Below are positions 8,295 through 18,507 of a stretch of 46,152 nucleotides of DNA, piece by piece. This DNA is from Myxococcota bacterium. GTDB lineage: Bacteria > Myxococcota > UBA4151. Positions within the stretch are counted from its first letter, which is position 1. Every line of letters begins with the position of its first letter. The notes under the pieces are model-generated. The model did no database searches and was not told the origin of the DNA. It saw only the letters and a list, made by a program, of their open reading frames with translations. The stretch covers positions 1 through 46,152 of the forward strand of contig JBDQPD010000013.1 in assembly GCA_040260805.1 (NCBI GenBank). Reading direction: 5' to 3'. The translations under genes were made by a program, and so were the position numbers.

Positions 8295-9374
8295 ATGAAT
8301 CGACACCTACTGATCGCCTTATCTAGCTTTGCTTTGATCGCTTGTGGTCCGCCCAGCGCAAACAGCGGCGGTGGTGGAGGTGGCGGTAATGGCGGCGGCT
8401 CTGTGGGTACCCCCAGCGAGATTGCGAGCTCATTGACTGGTCTAGTCTGCGGTTGGCTTGTTCGCTGCCAATCCAGCCGAGCATACAGCGCGATCGGACG
8501 GAGTTTCGGCGTCGAGACACTAGATACCGCGGCGTGCGAACAGATGATGAACGGACCTGGCGCAAGCATCAATCGTATCCAAGCTGCGCTGGAGGCTGAG
8601 ACGGTCGTGTTCAACACGGACGAATATGCCGCTTGTCGCACCATCATTAGGGACGCTTCGTGCCAAGCCAGCCTAGGTGATGGCGCCTGTGATCGAATGT
8701 TTGAAGGCACCGTCGAAGCGGGCGGAGGATGCTTTATCGATGAAGAGTGCGCCGACGGAGACGGCGAAGGGTCCTGCAGCGCTGACGAGGCACAGTGCGG
8801 TGTGTGCAGCGTCCGACCGGTCATTCCTGATGCGGGCTTGGGCGAGTCCTGCGAACAGGCGGACTGCGGCCCCGGTCTCGACTGCGATGAAAACAACCTG
8901 TGCGCCGAAGACGACGATTCAAACGCAGGCGGCGCCGGGACGGCTTGTGACTCCGAAGGCGGAACGGACCTCGTCTCGAATTGCGACATGATGAACAACT
9001 TCATCTGCGTTAACGACACGTGCACCGAGGCGCAGTTTACCTCACAAGCGGGTGACGCCTGCGGTTCAAACGGCGTGTTGTGTGAAGGCGACTTGGTCTG
9101 CCCGATCCACACCGGCGGCGGTATGACGCAATGCACTCCGGCGAAAGCGATCGGCGAGAGCTGCATGGAGTTGGACGGTCAGGCGTACATCATGACAGGC
9201 TGTGTCCTGGCTGCAAACTGCGAGATGAACGATCAAAATGAAGGCATCTGCGTGGCTAAAGTCGCGCTGGGAGAGCCCTGCGAAGACGACGACAACTGCC
9301 TCAGCGACTCGTGCGGTGATTCGGGAACCTGCGAAGCTGAAGAGAACGACCCAGAGTGGCGCGCTTGCCCTTAG
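8295..9374 (+). CDS. Cysteine-rich acidic lipoprotein
   Basis: AAGGAG RBS, lipobox LIAC, poly-Gly linker, many short Cys-spaced repeats (e.g. GEPCEDDDNCLSDSC). Confidence 0.8.
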   Translation: MNRHLLIALSSFALIACGPPSANSGGGGGGGNGGGSVGTPSEIASSLTGLVCGWLVRCQSSRAYSAIGRSFGVETLDTAACEQMMNGPGASINRIQAALEAETVVFNTDEYAACRTIIRDASCQASLGDGACDRMFEGTVEAGGGCFIDEECADGDGEGSCSADEAQCGVCSVRPVIPDAGLGESCEQADCGPGLDCDENNLCAEDDDSNAGGAGTACDSEGGTDLVSNCDMMNNFICVNDTCTEAQFTSQAGDACGSNGVLCEGDLVCPIHTGGGMTQCTPAKAIGESCMELDGQAYIMTGCVLAANCEMNDQNEGICVAKVALGEPCEDDDNCLSDSCGDSGTCEAEENDPEWRACP

Positions 9375-9904
9375 AGACTGACTTGCTGCACTGACTCCGC
9401 GGGGTTGAGCCAACGGTTACCCTCTTGAGCCTTCCAGGCCTGCGGGTCCGCGAGGCGCTGCACTTTGAGGTGGTCCTCGATGCGGCCAAGGCCAGGTAAG
9501 ACCAGCTTGGGTTCAAGCTCATACAAAGGCTCGAGCACAAAACGCCGAGTCGGGGTCCCAGGGTGGGGCAAGGTCAGGCCGGGTTCATCAACCTGTCGGT
9601 CTGCCCAGACCAACAGGTCCAAATCGATGGGACGGCTCGACATGCCCTGCTGACGCTGTCGACCGCATCGCAATTCAAAATCGAGCAAGGCCGCCAACAG
9701 TTTCTGGGGCTTGTGATGAGTTTGAATCTCGGCGACGGCGTTAAGAAAGTCAGGGCCTTCAAAGCCCCACGCTGGAGATCTCCAAAGACCGCTAACTCGC
9801 TCAACGCCAAACCAGTTGTCGGCCTCGAGAACCCGAAGCGCGTGGCGAAAGGTGTGAGCCACATCGCCCTGATTTCCACCGAGCCCGAGATAAATGCCGG
9901 TCAC
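9371..9904 (-). CDS. folK: 2-amino-4-hydroxy-6-hydroxymethyldihydropteridine diphosphokinase
   Basis: YLGLGGNQGD, FLNAV, RPIDLDLL, LTLPHP, RRFVLEPL; GTG start overlaps the dapB stop. Confidence 0.93.
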   Translation of the reverse strand: MTGIYLGLGGNQGDVAHTFRHALRVLEADNWFGVERVSGLWRSPAWGFEGPDFLNAVAEIQTHHKPQKLLAALLDFELRCGRQRQQGMSSRPIDLDLLVWADRQVDEPGLTLPHPGTPTRRFVLEPLYELEPKLVLPGLGRIEDHLKVQRLADPQAWKAQEGNRWLNPAESVQQVSL

Positions 9905-10620
9905 AAGCCGAGCACCTGTTCGAGTTGATACCAACCCGGCTCGCGCCCAGACAGCCAGTAGGCGGCCCGCAGAGCCCCGCGAGCGAATTGGTCTCGGCTC
10001 TCGGCTCGATGCGCCAAGGTGATCTGCTCCGCGTGACCGAACAGATGGACCTCATGATGACCAACGACCGAGCCACCGCGTAAGGCTTGCACCCCTATCT
10101 GACCAGGGTGCCGCCGGCCTTCACCTGCTCGCCCGCACACGACGCTGCTGCCCGGGCGCTCATCAGCGGCCGCTTGGGCGAGGGTCAAGGCGGTGCCTGA
10201 GGGCGCGTCGATCTTATGGCGGTGGTGCGTTTCGACAAGCTCTAGGTCCCAGTCCGCAAGCTGCCTTGAGGCTTGCGCAACCAAAGACTTGAGCACGGTC
10301 ACCCCCAAGCTCATGTTCGAGGCCCACAAAACGGGCACCCGCTCGGCTAAACTGTGCAGCTGACGCGTCTGGGCGTCGCTCATACCGGTGGTTCCAGAGA
10401 CCAAGGCTTTCGGTGTGGCGTCCAAGGCACTGAGCAAGGCGTCCATCGCAGCCGCAGTGCTGAAATCAATCACCAGATCACAAGCCGCTAACGCCGACTG
10501 GTAGGCTGCTGCGTCGCTGTCCGCGTCGAGCCTGGCGACCACCTCAAAGCGTTCGTCAACTAAACCCTCAACGGCCCGGCCCATACGCCCCGAGGCGCCG
10601 TGAATTCCCAGACGAATCAT
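9901..10620 (-). CDS. dapB: 4-hydroxy-tetrahydrodipicolinate reductase
   Basis: GASGRMG, VIDFS, GTTG, ETHHRHKIDAPSGTA. Confidence 0.96.
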   Translation of the reverse strand: MIRLGIHGASGRMGRAVEGLVDERFEVVARLDADSDAAAYQSALAACDLVIDFSTAAAMDALLSALDATPKALVSGTTGMSDAQTRQLHSLAERVPVLWASNMSLGVTVLKSLVAQASRQLADWDLELVETHHRHKIDAPSGTALTLAQAAADERPGSSVVCGRAGEGRRHPGQIGVQALRGGSVVGHHEVHLFGHAEQITLAHRAESRDQFARGALRAAYWLSGREPGWYQLEQVLGL

Positions 10621-11516
10621 CGAAGCTCCTCACAGGTCTCGAGCACCGAACACAAAGCGTTGTAATCGACATGATCCAAGGGGACGAGCGGTAGTCGAAA
10701 ATTCGGTTCACACCACCCCAACGCCGACGCTGCCATTTTAACCGGGATCGGGTTGGTGCTGGCAAAGAGCTCACTCGACAAGGGGCGAATCGCAGCGAAT
10801 GCCGCCCGCGCTGCCTCGACGTCTCCAGCTTTGAAGGATCGATAGATTGAGGCGGTCGTTCGCGGCAAAATATTACTCACCACCGAGATCGCGCCGCGCC
10901 CGCCGACCGAATAAAAGGGTAAGAGGCTAAAATCATCGCCGCTCAAAAGGGCGAGGCTGTGTTCAAAATTCTCTTTGAGCTGGGTCGCTCTCTCGATGCT
11001 GCCGGTCGCCTCTTTGACCCCGACGACGCTCGGGACCGCCTGAACAACCGCTTGGATGTCTTCAACGCCTGCATCGTACGCGGTGCGTCCGGGGACATTA
11101 TAAAAGATCAACGGCTTTCCACCGCCTGCCTCGGCGACCACCTGAAAATGCGCCACCAAGCCAGCCCGAGGCGGCTTGTTGTAGGGCGGCGTCACCAACA
11201 ACAGACCATCGACACCGGCGGCGCTAGCGCCAGCGGCGAGCGTGGCGCTCACCGAGGTGCTCATCGAACCCACCCCAGCGATCACCGGCACTCGTCCCGC
11301 GGCGACCTCGACACAAACCGCAATGACCGCGGCTTGCTCTGCGGGCGCCATCGTCGCGGACTCGCCGGTGGTCCCGCAGGGTACTAAGCCATCAATTCCG
11401 GCTTCGATTTGACGCTCAACCAACGACGAAAAAGCCTGAAAGTCGACTTGACCGTCTTCGGTAAATGGCGTGATCAACGCCGTATACGTGCCCTCAAGGC
11501 TCTGTGCGCTCAACAT
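10617..11516 (-). CDS. dapA: 4-hydroxy-tetrahydrodipicolinate synthase
   Basis: GTTGES, TPPYNKP, YNVPGRT, GVKEATG, NPIPVK. Confidence 0.96.
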   Translation of the reverse strand: MLSAQSLEGTYTALITPFTEDGQVDFQAFSSLVERQIEAGIDGLVPCGTTGESATMAPAEQAAVIAVCVEVAAGRVPVIAGVGSMSTSVSATLAAGASAAGVDGLLLVTPPYNKPPRAGLVAHFQVVAEAGGGKPLIFYNVPGRTAYDAGVEDIQAVVQAVPSVVGVKEATGSIERATQLKENFEHSLALLSGDDFSLLPFYSVGGRGAISVVSNILPRTTASIYRSFKAGDVEAARAAFAAIRPLSSELFASTNPIPVKMAASALGWCEPNFRLPLVPLDHVDYNALCSVLETCEELR

Positions 11517-11624
11517 CGTTGCTCTCCAGGTTTTGCGAAGACATCGCCGGCGCCCCTAGCGGTGGCATAGGCGGACCCTTAACGCCACAGGCTGCGATCA
11601 AACTCATCAGCAGCCAGCCGCCCC

Positions 11625-13007
11625 TCATGGGTTAACCAGGCGCGCACGGGCGTGCTCGAGGGCTTGTCGAACCCGACTTTGAGCGGGGCTTCCAGGTTGA
11701 TCGCGACGCTCAACCATCGCCTCGAGATCAAAGCGGTCTCGAACCTGCGCGACCGGAAGCTGAAGGTGGGTCGTGAGCTGCTCATCCGTGGCATCGACCA
11801 AACGCTGCCCATGAGTCGCTAGATCGCCGACCAAGTCACCCACTCGATGGTGCGCCTCACGAAAGGCAACGCCCTGCTCAACCAGCAGATCGGCAAGCTC
11901 AGTGGCTTCGACGTACCCGTCGCGCAGCGCAGCTTCCATCCGGTCGGCGTGGAAGGTGGCGGTGGCGATGGTACCAGCCATCACCGTGGCGCAGTCGCGC
12001 AAGGTGTCCACCGCATCAAACAGCGGCTCTTTGTCCTCTTGTAGGTCTTTGTTGTACGCCAGCGGCAGCGCCTTAACGACGGTCGCCAAGGCTACAAAAT
12101 CACCCAACACCCGACCCGCTTTACCGCGCACCAGCTCTGGCATATCCGGGTTTTTCTTTTGCGGCATCATCGATGAGCCGGTGCAATACGCGTCAGACAA
12201 GGTGCAAAACCCAAACTCTTGACTCGACCACAAGACAAGCTCTTCAGCCAGCCGGCTCATACCGATTTGCGCAATCGCACAGGCTGCCAGCAGCTCGAGC
12301 ATATGATCACGCGCGCCCACCGCATCCAGACTGTTTTGTGTCACCCCATCAAAACCCAGTGTGTCGGCGACGTATTGACGATCGATGGGATGAGGCGTTC
12401 CCCCAAGAGCTCCGCTGCCGAGCGGTGAATAGTTCTGACGCGCCAGAGCGTCCTTAAGACGCCCCGCGTCACGCGCTAGATGTGCCTCGTGAGCGAGCAG
12501 GTGATGACTGAGCCGGACCGGTTGCGCGCGCTGCAAATGCGTATAGCCAGGCAACAGCACCGCCTGATGCTCATGAGCTCGGTCGATCAAGGCTGAACGC
12601 AGCGTCGCAAGCGCAGCGATAAGCTCTGCGCCCGCCTCATTAATCCATAAGCGCATATCGGTCGCCACTTGGTCGTTGCGCGACCGAGCGGTGTGCAGCT
12701 TCTTACCCGCCGCGCCGATGGTCTCAACCAAGACCGCCTCGATGTTCATATGAACATCTTCGAGCTCATCGCTCCAAGGAAAGTCACCCGCCTCAATCCG
12801 CGCTTCAATTATCGTCAAACCCTGCTCGATGGAGCTGAGCTCATCATCACTGATCAAGCCTTGGACCTGAAGCATTTGAGCGTGTGCTCGCGAGCCCGCT
12901 AAGTCATGCTTAGCGAGCCGCTGATCGAAACGAACCGAGGCGTTGAATCGTGAGACCAGGGCGTCCATACCCTCAGCAAATCGCCCACCCCAACTGTACT
13001 GACTCAC
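11625..13007 (-). CDS. argH: Argininosuccinate lyase
   Basis: WGGRF, RSRNDQ, PGYTHLQRAQP, GSSMMPQKKNPD, YNKDLQEDK. Confidence 0.97.
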   Translation of the reverse strand: MSQYSWGGRFAEGMDALVSRFNASVRFDQRLAKHDLAGSRAHAQMLQVQGLISDDELSSIEQGLTIIEARIEAGDFPWSDELEDVHMNIEAVLVETIGAAGKKLHTARSRNDQVATDMRLWINEAGAELIAALATLRSALIDRAHEHQAVLLPGYTHLQRAQPVRLSHHLLAHEAHLARDAGRLKDALARQNYSPLGSGALGGTPHPIDRQYVADTLGFDGVTQNSLDAVGARDHMLELLAACAIAQIGMSRLAEELVLWSSQEFGFCTLSDAYCTGSSMMPQKKNPDMPELVRGKAGRVLGDFVALATVVKALPLAYNKDLQEDKEPLFDAVDTLRDCATVMAGTIATATFHADRMEAALRDGYVEATELADLLVEQGVAFREAHHRVGDLVGDLATHGQRLVDATDEQLTTHLQLPVAQVRDRFDLEAMVERRDQPGSPAQSRVRQALEHARARLVNP

Positions 13008-13020
13008 GACCGGCTCCCGA

Positions 13021-15021
13021 TTAGAAGCGCAGCATCAAGGTACCCATCACGCGCTGAGCGGTGCTCGCGGTCACGGTGCTGCCTTGAGGGATCACGTAAT
13101 TCAAACCAGCCATGGGAAAGAGCAGCGCATAATCAAGCGCAAACCCGAGACGGTTTTTGAGCTTTAAATCTAAACCTAGGTCAAACTCGAGACCCAGCGG
13201 TGTCTCGCCGCCTGGTGTGCTCTGGGCGTGAACAGCTTGGCCGTAGATCGCCGCCGCTTTGATCTGAGCGGAGGAGTTCAGCGCATAAGCGACGTGAGGC
13301 TTGACGTACCAAGCGTCGGTCACCCCACCAATGACCTCACGAAAGAGGATCTGATCGACCCGATAAGACGGGTCAAAGCGGAAGTTGCTAATGGTCTTAT
13401 CAAGCGCTGCAGAGCAGGGGTTTGCCGTGTTGGTTTCGCTGGCGACTGGGCAGCCAAACTGGCGGGTGTCGCCAGTCTCACGATCACCAGCGGCGACCTG
13501 ACCGGTGCCGGGACGCAAGCCCCAGCGAGGGTAATCATCGCCGCTAGCGTAGCCGGCATTAAGACCCACCGTGAGCTTGTCTTTAGCGAGTTTGTATTCA
13601 GACTCTAGAGCCACGCCAAGCTGCGAGATTTCAATATCCTCAACGGCAGGGTTGCCAATGTCTTCGGCCTTGGTGGCGAATGAGCCCACTGAGCCTTGGA
13701 TCGTCACCGCCTCGGCTTCGACACGGTAGCGATTGTTTTGACGTCTAAACCAGAGGCTTGCGATGGTCGCTTGGGCGTCACGACTGACGGCGCCAAGCGG
13801 CTCGCGTCCACCGTCCTCGGTAGGAACCTGAATCGGGAACGAGCCCTGATAGTTGGATCCATACCATTCGGTAGGAAAGTCCTTAGCCTGAGTACGATAG
13901 ACCACGTAGGCGCCATAGTTGGTGCTGGTCTTGCCTTCAGACAAGAGACGCTTGAGCGCTTCGCCGCGATCGGCCTTCGCCACCACCGCCACGTATTGCT
14001 CGACGTCATCACGCTGCGCCAGGTCGTAGAACTGACGCCCCTCGCCGGCGCGGTAAGGTTGCGCTGCGCCGTTACCGCCGCCTGCTCCAAAGGGTCCCTC
14101 CGCAGCGAAGTCCCAGCCCAAGCCAACAATGTGACCGCTCAGTTTGGTCAAGAACATGATCCGATCGGCGTTGTCGCCCGAATCGGCTTGATCGGCGTCG
14201 CCACCGTTTGACAGCAAACCCAGACCAAAGTTGGAGCCCATACGGCCAAATCGCAAACGGCCTACAGGCAGTAAGACATCGCCGTAGACTCGCTTAACGA
14301 CCAGGCTGCTCCAGGGGCCGTTAACCCCAGCTTGCGGTGGGTTCGACGAAGCGGAGAACAAAGACAATGGGGACGACGGATTGTCGATCAACCCAGGGAA
14401 CGAATCTGGCGTCGCGCCCATCATGACGTTGTCAAAGACATCGACTCGACTGTGGATCTGGACCGTCTCACTCAAGTTCAAGGTCGGATCCAAACGAAGT
14501 CGCATGTTCGCTGACGAGAGCTCAGAGACGCTGTCGCCGTCCCAAAATAAGGCAGGCGGTACATTCGACGATCCATCCCAGCCCCCACGCGTCCGATTGA
14601 ACTGCGCCGTGCCAAGATCTAGATTTCGCATGTAATCCATACGCGTCCGAAAATACCCTTTGAGCTCGAGGGTCCGCAGGGCGGGTTTGATCGACTCTTT
14701 GAGCGTCTTTTCTTCCCAGTCGGCTGGGACCCCAGCGCCCTGACTGCGACCTGCCGACAACTCTTCGAGCAACTCAAGCTTGAGCTCGCTCTTAAGCCGC
14801 TCAAGGTCGATGGCGTCTTGCGCGGGTTTCGCTGCAGCCGCTTTCGGAGCTGCAGCTTCGGCTTCCTTCGGAGACTCCTCGTTCGCCTCGGCAGGCGCCG
14901 CCTCTGCGGCAGCATCCCCCGCAACAGCTTCTGCCTTTGCAGGCTCGGCGGGCTGATCCGCTTCTTGGGCAAAGCCCGGTGCGGCAACAAAAAGAACACA
15001 TAAACTTAGACCACGGGTCAT
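13021..15021 (-). CDS. Outer-membrane beta-barrel protein resembling the TIGR04551 family
   Basis: Signal peptide, Ala/Glu/Pro-rich linker, 'LELKGYFRTR', 'ANMRLRLDPTLN', 'NFRFDPSYRVDQILFRE', C-terminal Phe. Family assignment is from memory. Confidence 0.7.
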   Translation of the reverse strand: MTRGLSLCVLFVAAPGFAQEADQPAEPAKAEAVAGDAAAEAAPAEANEESPKEAEAAAPKAAAAKPAQDAIDLERLKSELKLELLEELSAGRSQGAGVPADWEEKTLKESIKPALRTLELKGYFRTRMDYMRNLDLGTAQFNRTRGGWDGSSNVPPALFWDGDSVSELSSANMRLRLDPTLNLSETVQIHSRVDVFDNVMMGATPDSFPGLIDNPSSPLSLFSASSNPPQAGVNGPWSSLVVKRVYGDVLLPVGRLRFGRMGSNFGLGLLSNGGDADQADSGDNADRIMFLTKLSGHIVGLGWDFAAEGPFGAGGGNGAAQPYRAGEGRQFYDLAQRDDVEQYVAVVAKADRGEALKRLLSEGKTSTNYGAYVVYRTQAKDFPTEWYGSNYQGSFPIQVPTEDGGREPLGAVSRDAQATIASLWFRRQNNRYRVEAEAVTIQGSVGSFATKAEDIGNPAVEDIEISQLGVALESEYKLAKDKLTVGLNAGYASGDDYPRWGLRPGTGQVAAGDRETGDTRQFGCPVASETNTANPCSAALDKTISNFRFDPSYRVDQILFREVIGGVTDAWYVKPHVAYALNSSAQIKAAAIYGQAVHAQSTPGGETPLGLEFDLGLDLKLKNRLGFALDYALLFPMAGLNYVIPQGSTVTASTAQRVMGTLMLRF

Positions 15022-15422
15022 GCCTTGTCTCCAGGCTCGGCGAGTTCCAAAAGCACCCCACCAGTCGCTTTGGGGTGAATAAAGGCTACATTTTTTCCAT
15101 GCGCCCCAGGTCGGGGCTGGCGATCGACCAAACGTACACCGGCACCTTCGAGATCATCGAGGTGCTCTTGTAAGCCATCGACCTTCATACAAATATGATG
15201 GATTCCTGGGCCGCGACGCTCGATATGCCGAGCGATCACACCCGTCTCATCCATCGGTTCCAGCAGTTCAATGCTGGCGTCTCCGACCGGCAAAAATGCC
15301 GTTCGAACACCCTCTGACTCCACCACCTCAATATCGACGAGCTTAAGACCCAGCGCGTCGCGCCAAAACTCAAGCGCTGCCTCTAGATCGGGCACGGCGA
15401 TGCCCAAATGATCGAGTTTCAT
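15018..15422 (-). CDS. mce: Methylmalonyl-CoA epimerase
   Basis: DHLGIAV, IELLEP, GPGIHHIC, FIHPKATGGVLLEL. Confidence 0.92.
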   Translation of the reverse strand: MKLDHLGIAVPDLEAALEFWRDALGLKLVDIEVVESEGVRTAFLPVGDASIELLEPMDETGVIARHIERRGPGIHHICMKVDGLQEHLDDLEGAGVRLVDRQPRPGAHGKNVAFIHPKATGGVLLELAEPGDKA

Positions 15423-15443
15423 AAGCGATAACTTCTCAGAGGG

Positions 15444-16325
15444 TCAGTCATTATCGCCAGATTCTAAACGGACCACTCGGGCGACCACACGGATCTCAGC
15501 GGGGACCTCAAGCGGAAGCGTCAAGGACAACTCCACGAAGTCACCCACCTGAAGGGGGCAACGGGCTAAGTCCTTCCGCTCGCTGAGCGTAAGCGCAGGC
15601 ATCTCCCCACTAAACTCAGTGTGCTGACCTTCACCCTCGACCGCTTTGCGCCGTCGTGAGCGCTCCACCTGAAAGTTGTAACGAACGATCGATTCTTGAT
15701 CGACTGGGCTGATCGCTGTGAACGCTACCGCCACTTTATAGTGACCATGATCCACTGGAAAGACCATCCCAGAGCCGCTCAGGTCACACAGACCTTCGGT
15801 CATCTCAGAGTCGGATGGGTCTTGAGCCTCGAGTCGGTCAAGGACCTGCCTCAAGAGCTCCTCAAGAACGCTCAGGCGCTTCTCAAGGTAATCACCAAGC
15901 TGGGTCTTCGGCGCCGCTGCGCTCTCGGTGCTCACCCGCTGGCGAAGGCCCACCGCGTCGCGCACCTTAAACTCGAGCGAATCGACCTCACCGGCATGAA
16001 GGCTGCGCCACGAGAACTTGAGCATGCTCTCGACGCGAGCGAAGCGTCGGTTCGAGCGGCCGTCTCCCGCCGCCTCACGCAACACGAGGTTGGCGCTGGT
16101 CATGTCGCCGCTCATGTACATTCCGCGCCGCCGGATATCGCGTCCGATCACCAGAAACTCATCGCCCTTTTGAAAGGGGTTGCGTCCATCGAGGTCCCAC
16201 GAGACGCGCAACGCATCGCTTCCTTTGGCGGCGAGCACACGGCCAGAAATCTGGACGCTTGCCATGCTACCGGATCGCGGAACCACGACCACCCGGTCGC
16301 CAACCTGTAGCATTTGATTGCTCAT
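15444..16325 (-). CDS. PilZ-domain (putative c-di-GMP-binding) protein with rearranged C-terminal half
   Basis: RxxxR (R93-R97, RRFAR), DxSxxG (D181-G186, DLSGSG) and PilZ-type strands; lies at the distal end of the flagellar cluster. Confidence 0.75.
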   Translation of the reverse strand: MSNQMLQVGDRVVVVPRSGSMASVQISGRVLAAKGSDALRVSWDLDGRNPFQKGDEFLVIGRDIRRRGMYMSGDMTSANLVLREAAGDGRSNRRFARVESMLKFSWRSLHAGEVDSLEFKVRDAVGLRQRVSTESAAAPKTQLGDYLEKRLSVLEELLRQVLDRLEAQDPSDSEMTEGLCDLSGSGMVFPVDHGHYKVAVAFTAISPVDQESIVRYNFQVERSRRRKAVEGEGQHTEFSGEMPALTLSERKDLARCPLQVGDFVELSLTLPLEVPAEIRVVARVVRLESGDND

Positions 16326-16411
16326 GCTCTATCACTCCGACTTTGTGCATGGCTCAAGGAGCCCTAGCTTTCAACCCGAAAAGCCCAAGCGGACCCTACG
16401 GGTCCTTGATC

Positions 16412-17542
16412 CTACAGCAGATCGCTGAGGGTTCGAGTGATCTTAATCACCTCGGAACCCGAAAGTTCTTCAAACATCGGCAGAGTGATTTGAGCCGAGC
16501 AATAAGCCTCAGCGCCGGGGCAGGTTCCGGCTAAGCCAGGGAGCAATTCTTCATAAACCGGCTGCAAGTGAGCGGCTGGATAATGATGCGCTGCGCCAAT
16601 GCCCGCCTGGCGAAGAGCTGCGATCAACTCCCATCGACGAGCAGGATCGACCAAAATACTCATCAGGTGCCACGCCGACTTTGTTCCCGGTCGAGGGGTC
16701 ACCATTTCAGCGCCATCGATGCTCGCTAGTTCGGATTGATACAAGGCCGCAATATCACGACGACGCTCAAGCTTTTCGTCGATTCTGGCCAGCTGGCTTC
16801 GTCCTAACGCGGCGTGAAGATCAGAGAGGCGATAATTATACCCTACAGCGTCGACACGATAGTCGGCTGGCGTGCCTGGCTGACGGGTCATGGCGTGGCT
16901 TCTTAAATGACGTAATCTAGCCATAAATTCTTCGTCGTGACCGACCAAGGCGCCGCCTTCGCCGGCAGCGATCAGCTTGACCGGATGAAAGCTTAGCGAG
17001 GTGGCTAGGACGCGCTCGTTGCCGCCCACAGGAAGACCGTCTTCATCGACTCCTCCAAGGCTGTGCGCTGCGTCTCGAACGATCGGGACCGCGTAGACCT
17101 CAAGCAGATCGGCGAGCTCGTTGATCGGGGCGCTGTGACCGTTGAGATCCACCGCAACCACCGCGGCGACCACAGCGTCGTGATCGCGTGCGGCCTCAAG
17201 CAGACCGGCTAGCGACTCTAGGCAGATCAACCCGGTTTTCGGGTCAGCATCGACAAACACCGGCCGGTAACCGGCATAAACACCTGCTTGGATGCTCGCT
17301 ACAAAAGTGCTGGGGGTGCAGATCCACCACGACCCTGGCGGCGCAGCGATCGCTTCAGCGACCAAATGCAAAGAGGTCGTCCCGTTGGCGCAGCTGACCG
17401 CCTCAGGCGCGCCGCACACGACCGCTAGGTCGGCTTCGAACTCGCGCACCGATGGCCCGCCAGTAAGCCAGCCTGACTCCAAAACATCCATCACCGCTTG
17501 GCGATCTTCAGGTCTTAATTCGTGCCGCCCGTAGGGAATCAT
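16412..17542 (-). CDS. pseC: DegT/DnrJ-family PLP aminotransferase, PseC-like
   Basis: MIPYGRH start, NGTTSLH, DAAHSLG, SFHPVK, GYNYRLSD; coupled to pseB. Confidence 0.85.
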   Translation of the reverse strand: MIPYGRHELRPEDRQAVMDVLESGWLTGGPSVREFEADLAVVCGAPEAVSCANGTTSLHLVAEAIAAPPGSWWICTPSTFVASIQAGVYAGYRPVFVDADPKTGLICLESLAGLLEAARDHDAVVAAVVAVDLNGHSAPINELADLLEVYAVPIVRDAAHSLGGVDEDGLPVGGNERVLATSLSFHPVKLIAAGEGGALVGHDEEFMARLRHLRSHAMTRQPGTPADYRVDAVGYNYRLSDLHAALGRSQLARIDEKLERRRDIAALYQSELASIDGAEMVTPRPGTKSAWHLMSILVDPARRWELIAALRQAGIGAAHHYPAAHLQPVYEELLPGLAGTCPGAEAYCSAQITLPMFEELSGSEVIKITRTLSDLL

Positions 17543-18507
17543 GCGCCCGCTAGCTCTCGAAGTTGATCAACACTGAGCCACTGATCGTTTTGATCCGACG
17601 TGTAACAAAACCCGTCAGCAACCCGCTGACCGCGATCGCTACTCGAGCGGTACCACTCAAACTCAGGGAGAATAGCGTAGCGAGCGCCCATATCAATAAC
17701 CGACCGGCTGTCGTCCTCGCCAATCATGGCTTCATGCAGCTTCTCGCCCGGGCGAATCCCAATCGTACGAAGAGGCTGCCCCGGGCAAAGCGCTGCGGCG
17801 AGGTCTGTAATTCGCATCGAGGGGATCTTCGGAACAAAAATTTCACCGCCCTCCATGTGCTCAAAGCTATCCATCACCAGCTGCACAGCGTTCTCGATGG
17901 TAATCCAGAAACGGGTCATGCGCTCGTCGGTGATGGTCACCTCGCCGCCCTCTTGGGCCAAGCGCTTAAACAAGGGCACGACGGAACCTCGAGAGCCCGA
18001 TACGTTGCCATAACGCACGACGGCGAACTGTGTTTCCGAGCCACCAGCGTAGGCATTACCTGCGACAAAAAGCTTATCTGAACACAGCTTGGTTGCGCCA
18101 TAAAGGTTGATCGGGTTGCAGGCTTTATCGGTCGACAAGGCGACCAGCTTTTTGATCCCCCGATCAAGCGCCGCTTCGATGACGTTTTGGCCACCAAGAA
18201 CGTTCGTTTTGATGCACTCAAACGGATTGTATTCAGCTGCAGGGACCTGCTTGAGCGCCGCCGCATGGATGACATAATCGACGCCAGTAAAAGCCCGCCT
18301 CAAGCGGTCTAAATCCCGAACATTTCCGATGAAAAATCGAAGTCTAGGGTCGTTGCCAAACCGTTGCCGCATCTCGTGCTGTTTGAGCTCGTCTCGACTG
18401 TAGATGATGACCCGTCGAAGCTTGGTGTGATCGAGCAAGTATCGAGTGAGCGCGTTGCCCAGACTCCCCGTTCCGCCAGTAATTAATAGAGACGCTTGAT
18501 CAAACAT
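17539..18507 (-). CDS. pseB: UDP-N-acetylglucosamine 4,6-dehydratase (inverting)
   Basis: ITGGTGSLG, HAAALKQVPAAEYNPFECIKTN, STDKACNPINLYGATK, GIRPGEKLHE. Confidence 0.93.
   Translation of the reverse strand: MFDQASLLITGGTGSLGNALTRYLLDHTKLRRVIIYSRDELKQHEMRQRFGNDPRLRFFIGNVRDLDRLRRAFTGVDYVIHAAALKQVPAAEYNPFECIKTNVLGGQNVIEAALDRGIKKLVALSTDKACNPINLYGATKLCSDKLFVAGNAYAGGSETQFAVVRYGNVSGSRGSVVPLFKRLAQEGGEVTITDERMTRFWITIENAVQLVMDSFEHMEGGEIFVPKIPSMRITDLAAALCPGQPLRTIGIRPGEKLHEAMIGEDDSRSVIDMGARYAILPEFEWYRSSSDRGQRVADGFCYTSDQNDQWLSVDQLRELAGA

Noticed and set aside
8264..9166. 300-aa minus-strand ORF and other long antisense ORFs (e.g. 36163..37008, 40742..41662, 15696..16310)
   Set aside because: Shadow frames opposite well-supported genes, as expected at this GC content.
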